DNA of 64,000 nt from Octopus sinensis (GCF_006345805.1 NC_043009.1:36952001-37016000), one strand, 5' to 3'; positions 1 through 13,506 are shown, numbered from the stretch's first letter. Notes: generated by a model from the letters alone, not told the origin. Program-made: numbers and translations.

Positions 1-39
1 AAATTTCGGGGCCTAGAATAGTAAAGAATAATAATAATA

Positions 40-410
40 CCTGACTGGAAGTGTTATCATGTACCTTGTTTTGTCTTGATATAAATCATGGGCTACAGCA
101 AATATTCTGCTGAATACCACAGATTTGCTTGACCATGACCAGTTGAGCATGTCCCTTAGTGGCTGATGATATGTGAATCCCTGATCACGAGCGGAAGTAT
201 TGGGGAAGCATCAAAGCCACGTGTTGAAAGGAATTCTTTGGGGTTTGGATAATTTACGTTTGGAAACATGGGTATTTCGTTCAGCATCCTTAAACAACCC
301 TTTTTCCGGGACCTTTTGAGTGGGATGGGCTACTCGATCTGAAGAAAATTCTAACTGGGCCTCACCTGCAAGGTCATGTGCTATTAATCGTGCATGATGA
401 AGGCTTGAGC
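40..410 (+). repeat. Partial copy of an interspersed retroposon-like repeat
   Basis: Reverse-complement match to 43567-44075, e.g. ctgaagaaaattctaactgggcctcacctgcaag here versus rc ctgaagaaaattttaactgagccctacctgcaag there. Confidence 0.7.
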
Positions 411-559
411 GAAAAGGAAAATACCTGTCCAGTCCTTTCAACCTCCTCCACCACACTATCTCTTTCGCCATAGCCACCAGACAGAAAAAAACTGTCTTGC
501 CTTCGCCCCCCCCCCCCCAAAAAAAGCAGAAGAGCGATCTTCACGATAGACTCGACTGA

Positions 560-1990
560 TAACTGGTTCCGCCCTACAGGGGATTTTCCAAGGAGACTTC
601 TCTCTCTGTTACCCTTCGTCGTTGCGTTAATCCTTCTGAGAAGTATACTAAAAATCCGCGGTTGCCTATGGGCTTACCAAATCTAAGACGAAAATAAATC
701 ACCTACTTCATATGGATGACCTCAAACTGTATAGGAAAATTAAGACAAGCGTAAATACTTTGATCCAAACAATGAGAATATTCTGTAAAGATAGTGAAAT
801 GCAGATCGGGATAAATAAGTGCGCAGTACTAGTTATGAAGAGAAGCAGGAAGGTAAAGCCCGATGGTATAAAATTACGAAACAACATCGTTAAATGTTAA
901 TGAGGGGTAAACATATCTAGGAGTTCTGCAACACGATACGATAATGGAACGAGAAATGAGAGAGAAAGTCAGTCAGTAAAGTGTACAAGAGGAGAATTAG
1001 GAAGCTGCTCGAAACAAAATTAATTGGAAGGAACATTGTGAAATCCGTAAGTACATGGGCTATAGCCATACTGAGATATTCTGCTCTGTTTCTGAAATGA
1101 ACAAAGATCGAGCTACAGAACTTGAATAGAAGAACTAGAAAGCTGCTCACAATTCACACCGCACTCCAACTTAAAAGTAATACTCACCGACTCTATTAAT
1201 CAAGAAAGTAAAGTGTAGAGGATTACAAAATGTAGAAGTCACTGTTAATACTGTGATATTGGATCTGAAAAATTATGTTGTGCAAAGTAAGAAAGAATAC
1301 TTTCGGTAATCAGAGATACACAAGAAGTGACTGAAGCAGTTGGAGAATACAAAGAGAAAAAGGACAACAGAACAAAAAAAAAATGGAAACAAATAAAGCT
1401 ACATGGCCAGTTCATGCAACAAATCTAAAATGTTGTAAGTAAAGAATGCTGGCTCTTATTGACAAACAGGAATTTGACGAGAGACCCAAATACTAATTTT
1501 AGCCGCCCAGAAACAAACTATTAAAACTAATCTGATAAACTCAGTCAGACAGCAAACGCAGAGTATGCTGGAAAGGAGTCGAAAGTATCAATCACCTTTT
1601 GAGTGAGTGCAGTAAACTCACACAAAGGGAGTATAAGCGTAGGCATGACTCTGTAGACAAAATAGTCCATTGGAGTGCTAGCCGAGTAAGTGGCTTTAAA
1701 ATAACAGAAAAGTGGTATGAATATGAATTATAAGGGTTGTGATAGGAAAAGGTGCAAGATGTGATAAGGGTTTTGATAGGAGAAAGTACAAGATGTGGTA
1801 AGGGTTGTGATAAGAAAAGGTGCAAGATCATAGATTTCGCAATTCCCTCTGATAACAGAGTCGATACAAAAGAAATTGAAAAAAAAAAAGAAAAATATCA
1901 GGACCCAGCCAGAGAATTAGGGAGACTGTGGAAGACTAAGACAGTAGTTACTACTGTAGTAATTGGTGCACTTGAAATATCACAACGAAA
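560..1990 (+). mobile_element. Decayed R4/Dong-type non-LTR retrotransposon, RT to zinc knuckle to RLE portion
   Basis: RGIFQGD (~577-597), YMDDLKLY (~709), RVCWKGVESINHLLSEC..YKRRHD (degenerate CCHC, ~1558-1650) and IIDFAIPSDNRVDTKEIEK..KYQD (RLE, ~1825-1905). Many stops and frameshifts. Confidence 0.9.
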
Positions 1991-2689
1991 GAGTTACAGA
2001 CAAAGACAGCATCGACATAATTTATGATGGGCGTTCATTAAGAAGCTCCCTACACAAGTCAAACTTAATCCAATAACATCGGTGCAATGGAAGGAAAACT
2101 CCACAAAACAACTATGGGAAAATATCTTTTAATGAAAAGGAATTAAATAATCGGAAATATGTTTGTCATGTGAAATTTATTCTCTTTTTTAAATGCACGA
2201 CATCTCGATGTGACATATGCAACACGTCGAAACCAACAGCAGGAACCCTGGAAAAACACACCAATTACACAGTGAATACATAAATTGTATAATTACCTAT
2301 ACATGCAGCTGTTCATACTTACATGTGCACATTTTAATATCTGTAAGCAAAATAAATAATGTCTACACTACACACGTACATACGTACATACACAAAAAAA
2401 CCCACATGTCATAAGTGACGCAAAACCAAACAAAAACAAAGCGACTTCCTCCGAACGAACATAAAAAGGAGCAAATTAGCCACTCAATTTAAAATATCAC
2501 TAAACAAGTATGCCCGGAAACATAGCCGCCAAAATAAAATAGAAGCGAATTTCGATGTAAGCCTTATACGTCTATGATATGAGAAAAATATCCAGTCGAG
2601 GAACACGGAAGCGGTGTCATGTCAAAAAGTTAACCCTAAACAAAGAAACCCGTCCTCTAATGTCACCGTCAATACTTTAATGACAAGCC

Positions 2690-4690
2690 AAAACTCATGC
2701 CGGATCGGTCATCGCCCGGGACAACAAGGACCACGTTACACAGTGGAGAACCAGATTGGGGCAAAAAGTCTGCTGCTGGAACATACTCTCAAAACGACGA
2801 TCTACCAGGTAACCAGAATCAGGATGACCCTAACCTTAGACCTGTAGTGACGCCACCAAAAACACCGCCTAAAGCAAAACGCATAGAATGGATTAGAGAA
2901 GACTATAGGGATGTTTTGAAAGCGTTTTATAACGCCCAACTAAAACCAAGAAATAACCTCATACTACAAACATATGCTTCATGGAGAAATTTAATAGGCA
3001 ATGAAGTACGTTGATATACAGATGCAAATAACTAAAGTAATGTACGTATAGATACCATTAAGAACAAGAGATCAACTGACGCTGAAATTATCCAAATTAG
3101 GACACAAATATCTCATGGTAGACCAAATGAAAACAGCAACAATGCAGATGAAATAGGTAACAGATTCACAGAACCCAGTTTACAAACAATATATCCCAAA
3201 GAGGAAGCTGGACAGAGAATAGCGAAAAACAGATATGTGGAAAAAGCGAATGTAGACTTGCCTCAAGAACACCAAAATAGATATGACATAGAATTTGAGG
3301 TGAATAATAAAGAAAAGATCACAGAAGCAAAAGAAGATATTATGAAAGAACTCATCAATACTGAGTTTTCTGACATGGTCAATAGAGAACTGCTACCAAA
3401 GCTTCCAAACAACACAAAAAATAACAACGTAATCTTAATATATAACGTTGTTATTAGACAGATCTTAAGAAATAAAGGGAATTATCTGAAGACCTTATTA
3501 AGATGACACTGAAAAGAAACAGCCATGTCAATAAACTTCCAAAGTGGGAAGTGGCAATACAAAAAAAGATTGAATCTCTGCGGTCGGATGTATCAGTTCT
3601 CGATGAACTTGCAAGAGGAGTAAACAAGGAATTGTTGGAACAACGCGTACAGCTGAAAGCACAACGGCTTAGAAGATATGATAAAAGAATTAAATTTTAT
3701 CGACAAAACGAAGTAATCAAGAGAAATGCAAGGAAATTTTATAAGGAAATAGACAAAAGTAAGACAGGAGTAAAGGAGCCACCTAAGACTAAGGAAATGG
3801 AAGAAGATATGGAGCAACGAAAACGTATATAATGCCGAAGCTGATTTGATAGAACGTGAGAGCGACTGGATGAAGTTGGAGAGCAGAAATGGGAGGCAAT
3901 AAGAATAGATGTGTTCTTAGGAAGTCTCACAAATGGGAAACCCCAGGACTGGACCGAACCCCAAACTTCTGACTGCATTGTTTGACAGACGTACACCAAA
4001 ATCTGGCTACATCACTAACTGTTGTCATTCAGAACCCAGAGCAAATACCTGCCTACAGGAAAGTGTTTGATAGTATCCCACATAAATAGCTACTCTATGC
4101 CTTCGCCTATCGTCTCCAAATTCTTACAAGGCAGCATGGCCAAGTGGAACACGCATCCTTTTCTAAACCATAGTAATGGAATGAGCCAATCCCAAAACAT
4201 CAATATCAAACGAGGCATCTTCCAAGGTGACTCCCTCTCTCTATTACTTTTTTGCATGGCACTGATCCCACACTCAAACACAAGGTGTGGGTACCCACTT
4301 TTTAGCACAATTATAAACCATATGTTTTTCATGGACGATCTGAAGCTGTTTGCTAGGAATGGCCAAGAGCTAATAGAACTAACAACTGTTAAAGAGTTTA
4401 GCAATGACATCGGGATGGATTTTGGTCTCGATATGAGTGCTAAAGCAACTTTTGTAAGAGGCAATCTCAGACAAACAGTTTCAGTTAAATTAGATACCGA
4501 CTCTACCATCAAGGAACCTGATTCACAAGAATGTTATAAATACTTGGGGATAAACGAAGGGTATGGTATATATCATGCTATTATGAAGGAAAAAATAATA
4601 AGTACTATAGGAGAATAAGACTTTACTAAAGACTGAACTCAACTCGAAAAATCGCATCGAAGCCATTAACACTTTGGTACTATCAGTAGT
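2690..4690 (+). mobile_element. Decayed R4/Dong-type non-LTR retrotransposon, 5' half with internal deletions
   Basis: N-terminal SPGTTR..RIEWIREDYRDVLKAFY, then PKWEVAIQKKIESLRSDVS, RYDKRIKFYRQN, NIKRGIFQGDSLSLLLFCMALIP and FMDDLKLF. Overlaps the RT region of the upstream copy, so it is a separate insertion. Confidence 0.85.
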
Positions 4691-5154
4691 CCAATAGTTA
4701 TAACATCAACGACGAGGACGACGATGTTATAACGACGATGGTGATAACGATAAGGATGCTTTGGCTCTCAAATATCCAAGATGTTTAGGTGAGTCAAAAG
4801 GCGAAATATATAGGAAAACAACAAATAGGAAAGAGCGCATTGTTATGCTGTTAATGAAGGGATATTGCATCTGAGTGCAGGTCGATCTCATCATCCTGTG
4901 CGCATTACAGAGAAGCTTGGTTGACGGTGGATTCTACAAAGTCATGCCTGTACAATTTATCCCGAACAAGCAATGCCACTTGTAGCACTACAAGGTCAAG
5001 AACTTTTGGAATTGTTTATAATCCCTGATCTGAAGGTATTCCCCCTTGTATAAACGTTATATACTGCCATCTGAATGTTCTATCACAACTTTCCCATTCT
5101 CATTTTTGAATGAGAATGGCAATAGCTTTTCAAGGATTTAGCAACCTAGAAATC

Positions 5155-6250
5155 TAGTTCGAACCAGAAAGCAAGCAACTGAATAGAACCTTGCACCCAT
5201 TTTGCAAAGTAGAAACAGCTAACCTGCATGGACTTATCTGTTATGTCACTTTAGAGTACCGAGGTGCATGGCAACAAAATTATTAGGGTTAGGGTAACCC
5301 TGTTACTCTTCTAGAGTGATGCCTCCTATCCTCCCTTCCAATTTCTCCCTCCGGCACCATGACAGTGACACGGCTTTGTGCATTTTAGTTCGACTGAAAG
5401 GCTTCTCAGAAAAAGCACGCACTGCAAGACGGTTTCAGTAAGCAACTGTCGAGTTTGTTTAATGTAATTATAGCGCGTGTAGCGGGTGAATTTCTGAAGA
5501 CGAGATGAATCTTCATAGGACTGCCAGGGAGCGATGATTGACCGACTGTCGGATGCGTCTGAATTGATCTGAATTCCCATAAAAACCAGATCTTGCTGTG
5601 CCGCTCGACAATATTGTACGTTGGGCAGATCATCGGGGACAAATCCAGTGGGGCTCGTACAAGGATTTGCATTTCCAATTATTCTCTTGGTGTTTACCTC
5701 TTCACTTCTATGTTGAGAAGAGTTGGGGGCTTGAACTTGTCAATTGCAGTCTTTCGTCGGCAGTATCACCTTTTCCGACTACTTGGACTCTCAATCTGCA
5801 ACCAAGACCGATGTCAAGACAGCATCAGCGAGGTCTGGCATGGAGCAATGACGTTCGTAAGTAAGACTCATCAGTTCCAGTAGGACATCTAGATTGGCAT
5901 CGAATTCCACCGTTTCAGGTTCAATACTCTATACAACAATCCAATACAATGACGTTGAAAATCTGCACATTTGATTGAAAGCGGATAACACTTTTATGCG
6001 GTTCGCAAAGCTACAAAGTGTCGCTAGGTAGCACTGCAACGCCTTCGTTACCCACTTCCGTCGAACGGCGTTTTCGCCATCGTGTTTCTCAGCATATGTC
6101 TTAGCATGATCAATTCGTTTTTTGTGGTTCCAATAGAGAAGGTGGTGAAGGGCCATTCTCGCAGAAAGCATGCCATAATCAAAACATTCTTCGGCGTCAG
6201 ATCCTTCAAAGGGGACGACTCTGATGCAAGCTAGTGTCCTTGTCGTTGTA
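5155..6250 (-). mobile_element. Probable Academ DNA transposon remnant (XPG-like domain plus Cys-rich C-terminus)
   Basis: Colinear degenerate motifs on the minus strand across frameshifts: GTTKN, (S)DTLCSFANRIK (GCDTVSSF.G.GK-like), SEK..LPTK, RVN(Y)Q..WK, SPATRAIITLNK, LKCTKPCHCHG. Candidate TAG terminus at 5155. Motif match is from memory of the family. Confidence 0.5.
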
Positions 6251-6257
6251 GTTATTT

Positions 6258-6911
6258 CAGCTTTATCCGCACTTCCGCCATAACATATCTTTATTGTTGT
6301 CATATTGCATACTGCGCATGCGTGCCTGTAGTTGGTGCTACTGTGGTCATGTGATTGAAATTTGAGCCTGATCACGCCATTTTTCTTTCTGGCTTTACAG
6401 TGCAAGCATGGCCGCTCCACTAGCAATGCGCATCCAAGAACAAAGAGCGGTGATCCGAGAGATGGTAATGGTGAACCGGTTCATCATTACCATCTCTCGA
6501 GCTTATTGAATTTCCTCGTCAGTGGTGGAGATTGACGGGCCTCCTGCTCCCTCTTCGTGCGTCACGCTTGTCCGGCCACTTTTAAAATTTCGATCTCCAC
6601 TCATATACAGTTCTACGCGGCAGTGCCTGGTCCCCGTATTGTGCTAAAAGCCTCCGATGAATTTCAGCACCTTGACACACCTTCAAACCAGAGATCACTG
6701 CTTTTTGTTCGATGATGCAGATTGCTAGTGGATCGGCCATGCTTACACTGTAAAGCCAGACAAAAAAAAAAAAAAAAAATTGGCGCGATCATGCTTAAAT
6801 TTCGATCGTGTGACCACAATGGTACCAGCTATAAGCACGCATGCGCAGAAGGTTGTGTGACAATAATAAAGATATGGTGAAAGTGCGGATAATTTTTGAC
6901 TTACACTCGTA
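6258..6911. mobile_element. Fold-back element made of two inverted mariner 5' halves
   Basis: Plus arm encodes MAAPLAMRIQEQRAVIR from 6408. Minus arm encodes MADPLAICIIEQKAVI..GAEIHRRLLAQYG..TVYEW..FKSGRTSV..REMVMMNR. Mariner-type TIR (rc of gtgcggataatttttgacttacactcg) followed by TA at ~6911. Confidence 0.8.
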
Positions 6912-7141
6912 TAATATTTACGATATTAACGATAATCATAATTATTCTTAAGAGTACAATATTGGGGGTAATAATGATGATAATGAGGATGATGGTGTTC
7001 CTGAGGATGCCGATGGTGATGATGATGATGATGAGAGTGGAGGGGAGATAAATACAGTTTGGTATAGACGCACACAACGAAAACGAGTAAGAGAATTATG
7101 AAGAAAGTGAAAGAGGAATTGAGCAAGAGAGACAGAGGGAA

Positions 7142-7182
<41 letters not shown>

Positions 7183-7478
7183 TCTTGTGTTGTTTTAATG
7201 CTGTGAAGCTGCCATTAAAATATTAAGAGATGTTAGCTTTTTTTTATTTTGTTTTGGTTTTTGTTCATTTCATTTTTATTTGTTTTATATATGAATTATT
7301 GCTTTTTCCTTTTGTTTTCTTTTCTTGGTTGTCTTAACGTTTACAACAATAACAACAACATCAGCAACAACGACACAAAGCCGTAAGAACGAAGTAGGTA
7401 TTATCACTCCATAATGACAAACAAGATATATAAAGTGGTTTAGTTTCTTTATATTGTTTTTTGGTGAGATTTGTTATT

Positions 7479-7479
<1 letters not shown>

Positions 7480-7515
<36 letters not shown>

Positions 7516-7563
7516 TATTACTATTATTATTATTATTATTATTATTATTACTTTTATTATTAC

Positions 7564-7609
<46 letters not shown>

Positions 7610-7640
7610 TATTATTATTATATTATTATTATTATTATTA

Positions 7641-7687
<47 letters not shown>

Positions 7688-7721
7688 TATTATTATTATT
7701 ACTTTTATTATTATTATTATA

Positions 7722-7769
<48 letters not shown>

Positions 7770-7837
7770 TATTACTATTATTATTATTATTATTATTATT
7801 ACTTTTATTATTACTTTTATTATTATTATTATTATTA

Positions 7838-7874
<37 letters not shown>

Positions 7875-7909
7875 TTTTATTATTACTTTTATTATTATTA
7901 TTATTATTA

Positions 7910-7949
<40 letters not shown>

Positions 7950-7975
7950 TATTACTATTGTTATTATTATTGTTA
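7480..7975. repeat. (ATT)n microsatellite with recurring interruptions
   Basis: Directly visible; source of the poly-I/L/Y ORFs. Confidence 0.98.
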
Positions 7976-8898
7976 TTGTTTTTTTCCGACTTTCTTTCTT
8001 TCTTCCTTCCTTCTTCCCTTCCTTTCTTTCATTATTGTAATTCATTATTATCTCTCATATATTTATTTATTTTGGTTTCCCTCCTCCCCCCCTCTAGCCC
8101 TGTTCCACCTCCACTGCACTTTCACTCATTTCACCTTTTCTTATTGTTTCTGTAGCGAAGCACGTATAAAACAATAACAACAACTACAACAACAACAAAA
8201 CAAAAACAAAAACTAGACAAAGTCAAACAAGAAAAAGTAAAGTAAAAAAAAAAAAAAAGAGAAATCAAATTACTTGGTCGATTGCTTCGTTTCACCAAAA
8301 GATTTGACGAGGATTAAGACGACTGGCCGCTGTACAAAGCCTTAATTTCTGATGGCGACTGTATAAATTGTAATTAATATAACACCAACGTCATTGTCGA
8401 TAAAACATCCTCCAGGTTACAAAGCCAGGTGTTTTAACCATTAATCAACAGTTGAACGAAAGACCACCCCACGACCACCACCACTGTCTTCCATATAATA
8501 ATTTAGTGTTCCACTGCGTGGTTACATTACATCATATATCAATGTTTGTCATGGGTGTGTCTTGTTTACACACTCAGTAGCATGTTTAGATCGGTTGTAT
8601 CTTGTCAATAAAACCCTTAATTAGGTGGTTATTATTTCATTAATGAACTTTTTGTGTCTGTTAATGAAGCAAACCATGGAGGAGATAAGTGAATCGAACG
8701 GGGGAAAAAAAATTAGTTTAAAAAGAAAAAAAAAATCATCTGCTGATAACTATCAGCCTTTCTATCTATTTTACTGCGGATTTTTCATGTGTGTGTGTGT
8801 GTGTGTGCGTGCGTGTGTGTGCGTGCGTGCGTGCGTGCATGCGCGTGCTTGTATGTATTTCTCTTTTTAACCCACGCAGTGGAACACTAAATCATGAT

Positions 8899-8928
8899 CT
8901 ATCTATCTATCAATCAATCTATCAATCA

Positions 8929-8986
<58 letters not shown>

Positions 8987-9010
8987 TTATCTATGTCTGT
9001 TTGTCTGTCC

Positions 9011-9052
<42 letters not shown>

Positions 9053-9255
9053 CTATCTATCAATCTATCTATCTATCTATCAATCAATCAATCTATCTAT
9101 CTACCTATCTATCCATATATCTATCTATCTATCTATCTATCTATCTCTATCTATCTATCTATCTATCTATTCTATTCTATTCTATTCTGTTCTATTCTAT
9201 TCTATTCTGTCCTGTTCTATCTTATTCTACCTATCCTATTCTATCTGCCTATCTA
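8899..9255. repeat. Compound (TCTA/TCAA)n-(CT)n-(TTCTA)n microsatellite
   Basis: Directly visible. Confidence 0.95.
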
Positions 9256-9704
9256 TCTTTCTGTCTGACAACTTCAGTTTCTGTAATCTATCAAATGTCA
9301 ATCTTTCTCAAAGATAAATTGATTCGGTCTAGAAGCGGTTTTCTTTGATAAAAATGCTTATTTAGTTCAAAATTCAGCGTAATTGTTAAGATTTCCCCGG
9401 TGGAGATCATTTATAAATTCAACCAAAAAAAAAAAGATCTTTATACTTACAAATTTGACATATTGCTGAATTTTAAATCAGATCTGTTAACTTGTGTTGC
9501 AGATTATCTTTGAGATTATTTTAACGATACTTTTCTAATTCAACAATTCTTTCTTCATCTGTGATTTGAGATTAAAATGGAGAAAGAGGGATTATAAGCA
9601 AACCTCTTTAATCTAGAGTAGTAAAGCTTTCCATGGCCAAATCTCATATGTTTCTCTCACATATTCTCGTATTAACTTTTGTTCGTAAGCCATAATTTTG
9701 ATAC

Positions 9705-9935
9705 CTATTTCTTTATTACCCACAAGGGGCTAAACACAGAGGGGACAAACAAGGACAGACATAGGTATTAAGTCGATTACATCGACCCCAGTGCGTAACT
9801 GGTACTTAATTTATCGACCCTGAAAGGATGAAAGGCAAAGTCGACCGCGGCGGAATTTGAACTCACAACGTAACGCAGACGAAATACCGCTAAGCATTTC
9901 GCCCGGCGTGCTAACGTTTCTGCCAGCTCGCCGCC
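9705..9935 (-). mobile_element. SINE family A monomer (tRNA-like head, Deu/Nin-like core, tail A)
   Basis: rc ggcggcgagctggcagaaacgttagc..gagttcaaattcc..gtcgactttgcctttcatccttt..gtcgataaattaagtaccag. 13-bp TSD ataattttgatac at 9692-9704 and 9936-9948. Confidence 0.92.
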
Positions 9936-10115
9936 ATAATTTTGATACTATTGTGTGACATATTGAGCATGGGTTTGAGTTAAACAAAACTTATGAATTA
10001 AAGTGGGTTCATGAAAATTATGTCAACGTCCAACACATGTAGTGTAGTTCTAAGTCAAAATGTCAGTCTTGTCAAATATAGTGCCGTGCAAGTTTTACCT
10101 GAGTATTATTATATT

Positions 10116-10372
10116 GGAGGTGCGTGGCTTAGTGGTTAGGGTATCAGCATCATGATCGTAAAGATTGCGGTTTCGAATCCTAGACCGGGCGACGCGTTGT
10201 GTTCTTGAGCAAAACACTTCTTTTCACGTTGCTCCAGTCCACTCAGCTGGCAGAAGTGAGTAACGCTGCGATGGACTGGCGTCCCATCCAGCTGGGGAAC
10301 ACATACGCCATTGAAACTGGGAAACCGGGCCCATGAGCCTGGCTAAGCTTTAAAAGGGCGCATCTATTTATT
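10116..10372 (+). mobile_element. tRNA-derived SINE family D (Meta-domain-like centre)
   Basis: A box tggcttagtgg, B box gtttcgaatcc, then gttgtgttcttgagcaaaacac..tccagtccactcagctg. Flanked by tattattatatt direct repeats. Confidence 0.75.
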
Positions 10373-11908
10373 TTTTGTTATTATTATATTGAAGACTTAA
10401 GTTATTTGGAAATATTCATTCATTTTAAACAATGGTACAATGAGTCAATTGGTATCTCAGTTGATTGAACTACTGAAATATTTATAGTTGGAATGGATGT
10501 CCATTGATGGTTAAAACTAAAAGCTTTGCACTTCTCTCAGTATTCCTATTTAGCATTCTTATCCCGCTCACCACGGGATAATTGATCAGATAGTACGAAA
10601 GGTTTTGGTTATTTAAACTCAATTTCCGTAACAGCATCTCGCCACATTATGCTTGAAATGAAATATAATCTTACAGATTGCGGTAATTCAGGTTACACAA
10701 AATGTAGCTACCTAAGGGTAGCTAACAGCTAATTTTTCAAATTTCTTTTATTTATTTATGTATGATAACCATTAATATCTCGATGTGAACAAAGAGAAAC
10801 ATCAGAAGAAAGAATACACAGATGTACAAAATACAGCAACAAAAAAAACTAGCAGCAGCAGCAACAACAACAATGATGGCGACGACACTAAGAACAATTG
10901 TAGAGGTTGAATTTTTTCGCAACCAGCTAAATGTCAAAAAAGCAATGTTATGATTGGAAACTCCACACATGACATATACAACAACATTTATACCAGAGGA
11001 GCAGAAAGACGAAGGGAGAAGGAGGAGGCGATTTATGAAGTGGCAATTAAAGAACTGGAACCATGATCAAAAAGTCAAATGAGGCTGTCAACCAACCATG
11101 TTCGAATGCACTGAGAATGGCAGTGCAAAGGGTAAACTCCCGGAAACCTGGGGTTGCAAAACGGTTTCAATTCTCAGCACAAGCCATTTCAAGTTTGTCT
11201 TACTCTGGGAAAGACACAGCATTACTAACTCTCTCCAAAGCATTTGCCTTTATATTTAGTCAAGAGCATTTTAGGATCTTATGGCTGTTTCAAATTTCGG
11301 TAAATTCCATTCAACTTTTATAACAAAATTCTTCAACGAAACGCAGCTGAACAGAATTTTCTTACGCAGAATTCTGCAGTTCCAAATCGTCTGCAAGAAC
11401 CTCGGCAATAAAATAAATGCATAAATTCTGAAGGCCTCCAAGAGAAATTAAAAAATTCTCTAAGAGAATACATTATGTATTTGGTATCTGCAATCCTAAA
11501 TGTTTTGGGATGAGGACACCTTCAAGGAAAAATGTAATTTTGGTACTCGGTTTGTAAATAATTTTTGTACACATACATAGACTCACACACATGCCTTAGA
11601 CGATCGCATTCACGAACGGTCTGCGAGGTTAAGGCATTTCACAAAACATTTCTGTACTGATAAGCGAATAAATTTATTGTTATTCCAGATTTAGTTTATA
11701 TAGAATTTTATGAATAATTACGAGTATCTCAAAAATAGTTATTACATAATATTCAATAACAGTTTTCAGTGACACAACTGCTTGTATCTCAGGCCCCAGG
11801 TCAGCTCTGGTTAACAGTCATTTGACACACTGGTCGTCAAAAGAACGATCAGCTGCAACTCACAGATCTACATTTCATATTTTTACAATGTATTCGCTGA
11901 GTCAGTTT

Positions 11909-12074
11909 CGGGTGAGGGGGTAAGTCGATTACATCGATCCAAGTGCTAAACTGGTACTTATTTTATCGACCCCGAAAGGATGGAAGGCAAAAACAACCTC
12001 GGTGGAATTTGAACTCAAAACATGAAAACGGACGAAATACCATAAGCATTTTGCTCGGCGTGCTAACGATTCTC
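11909..12074 (-). mobile_element. SINE family A, degenerate, tail B
   Basis: Core tggtacttattttatcgaccccgaaaggatg..ggaatttgaactc. Confidence 0.85.
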
Positions 12075-12554
12075 CTTTATATGATAAAATATTGATGAAG
12101 ATTGCAGTATAAGAAATAGGAAATAGAAGACAACATTATCAAATAATATTTCATTATTAATATCTCATAATATACATTTAAATAAATTAGCTTTGCTACT
12201 TGCTTGAGACACATGCATGGTTCCGGGTTCAATCCCTTGAAGAAGTGTCTAATTCTCTGGCCTTGTGAGTGGATTTTGTAGACGGAAACAAGAAGCCCGT
12301 CGTGCGAGCGCGCACTCACACACACACATACACACTACAAACACACACATATACATCATCACTGAATATAGACATACACACACACACACACACATACATA
12401 CACATACAAATATATATGCATGCATGCATATATATATATTGTATGTGTGTGTGTGTGTATGTGAATAATAAAATACGAATGTGTTATCTGCTACTGTTAC
12501 AATTGTTTAATAAAATCTGTGTCTGTTTTTCCTCCACACACACACACAAACACA

Positions 12555-12618
<64 letters not shown>

Positions 12619-12725
12619 GTGAGCGACAGGGAAAATAGATAGTTAGAAAGATATAGATCTACTGGTTATCAGTTCTTTTGTGTCACATCTATATATGTAT
12701 GGATATATATATCTATACATATGTA

Positions 12726-12778
<53 letters not shown>

Positions 12779-12996
12779 ATGTATGTCTGCGCGCGGATGT
12801 ATGTGTTCGACGGCGTATGTGTCTGCAGACACAAACACGTCTTATCGACTGTTATGTGCAATTTTCTGGCACCATAAAATCAAAGACTACGACTGAAAGA
12901 CGGGAAAAGGGAGAATGGAGAAGATATAGAGACATAAATACTGAGACAAATACATAGGGAATAGCTAAATGGGTAGCTACCTAAATAGGAAGATAG

Positions 12997-13082
<86 letters not shown>

Positions 13083-13466
13083 GCTGAGGGAATGACAGAT
13101 ATATAGATAACAGACAAACAGATGAATAAATGAAGCAACAGAAATGAGTAGATGGAGAGAAAAAGATAAATAAAAAAAAAAGAGGAAAAAAAAAGGAAAA
13201 GGAAAGAATGACTCGTTAATGTTTTCAAATGGCAACAAATGGCATGTAGGGGACAATGTAGGTAGGGGACAGTGTGGGGGACAGTCTCCTTTTTTAACTT
13301 CACCCACGCATTGACCTTCTGAGTATGAGCTTATCACTTTACATGAAATAACAGCACGGAAATGGTAAACAGCCAAAACACGCGCGCACATGCCTCCACA
13401 CGCGCGCCCATACATATTGACACATATATACACACTGTTGCGCATACATCTACATACTCATACGTA

Positions 13467-13506
<40 letters not shown>

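Noticed and set aside
2590-2625. Possible HDV-like ribozyme at the 5' end of the R4 element (ttcctcg loop motif)
   Set aside because: The motif is on the wrong strand and no P1/P2/P3 pseudoknot could be assembled.
7454-8177. Long ORFs of 189-238 aa (poly-I/L/Y), and similar ORFs at 27636-29497, 42205-43077, 48818-49467 and 60675-61175
   Set aside because: They are translations of stop-free microsatellite frames with no protein-like complexity.
11063-11323. 86-aa ORF, considered as a hAT dimerisation-domain remnant
   Set aside because: Diagnostic motifs (W..., E..FS) could not be found in any frame, and there are no TIRs.
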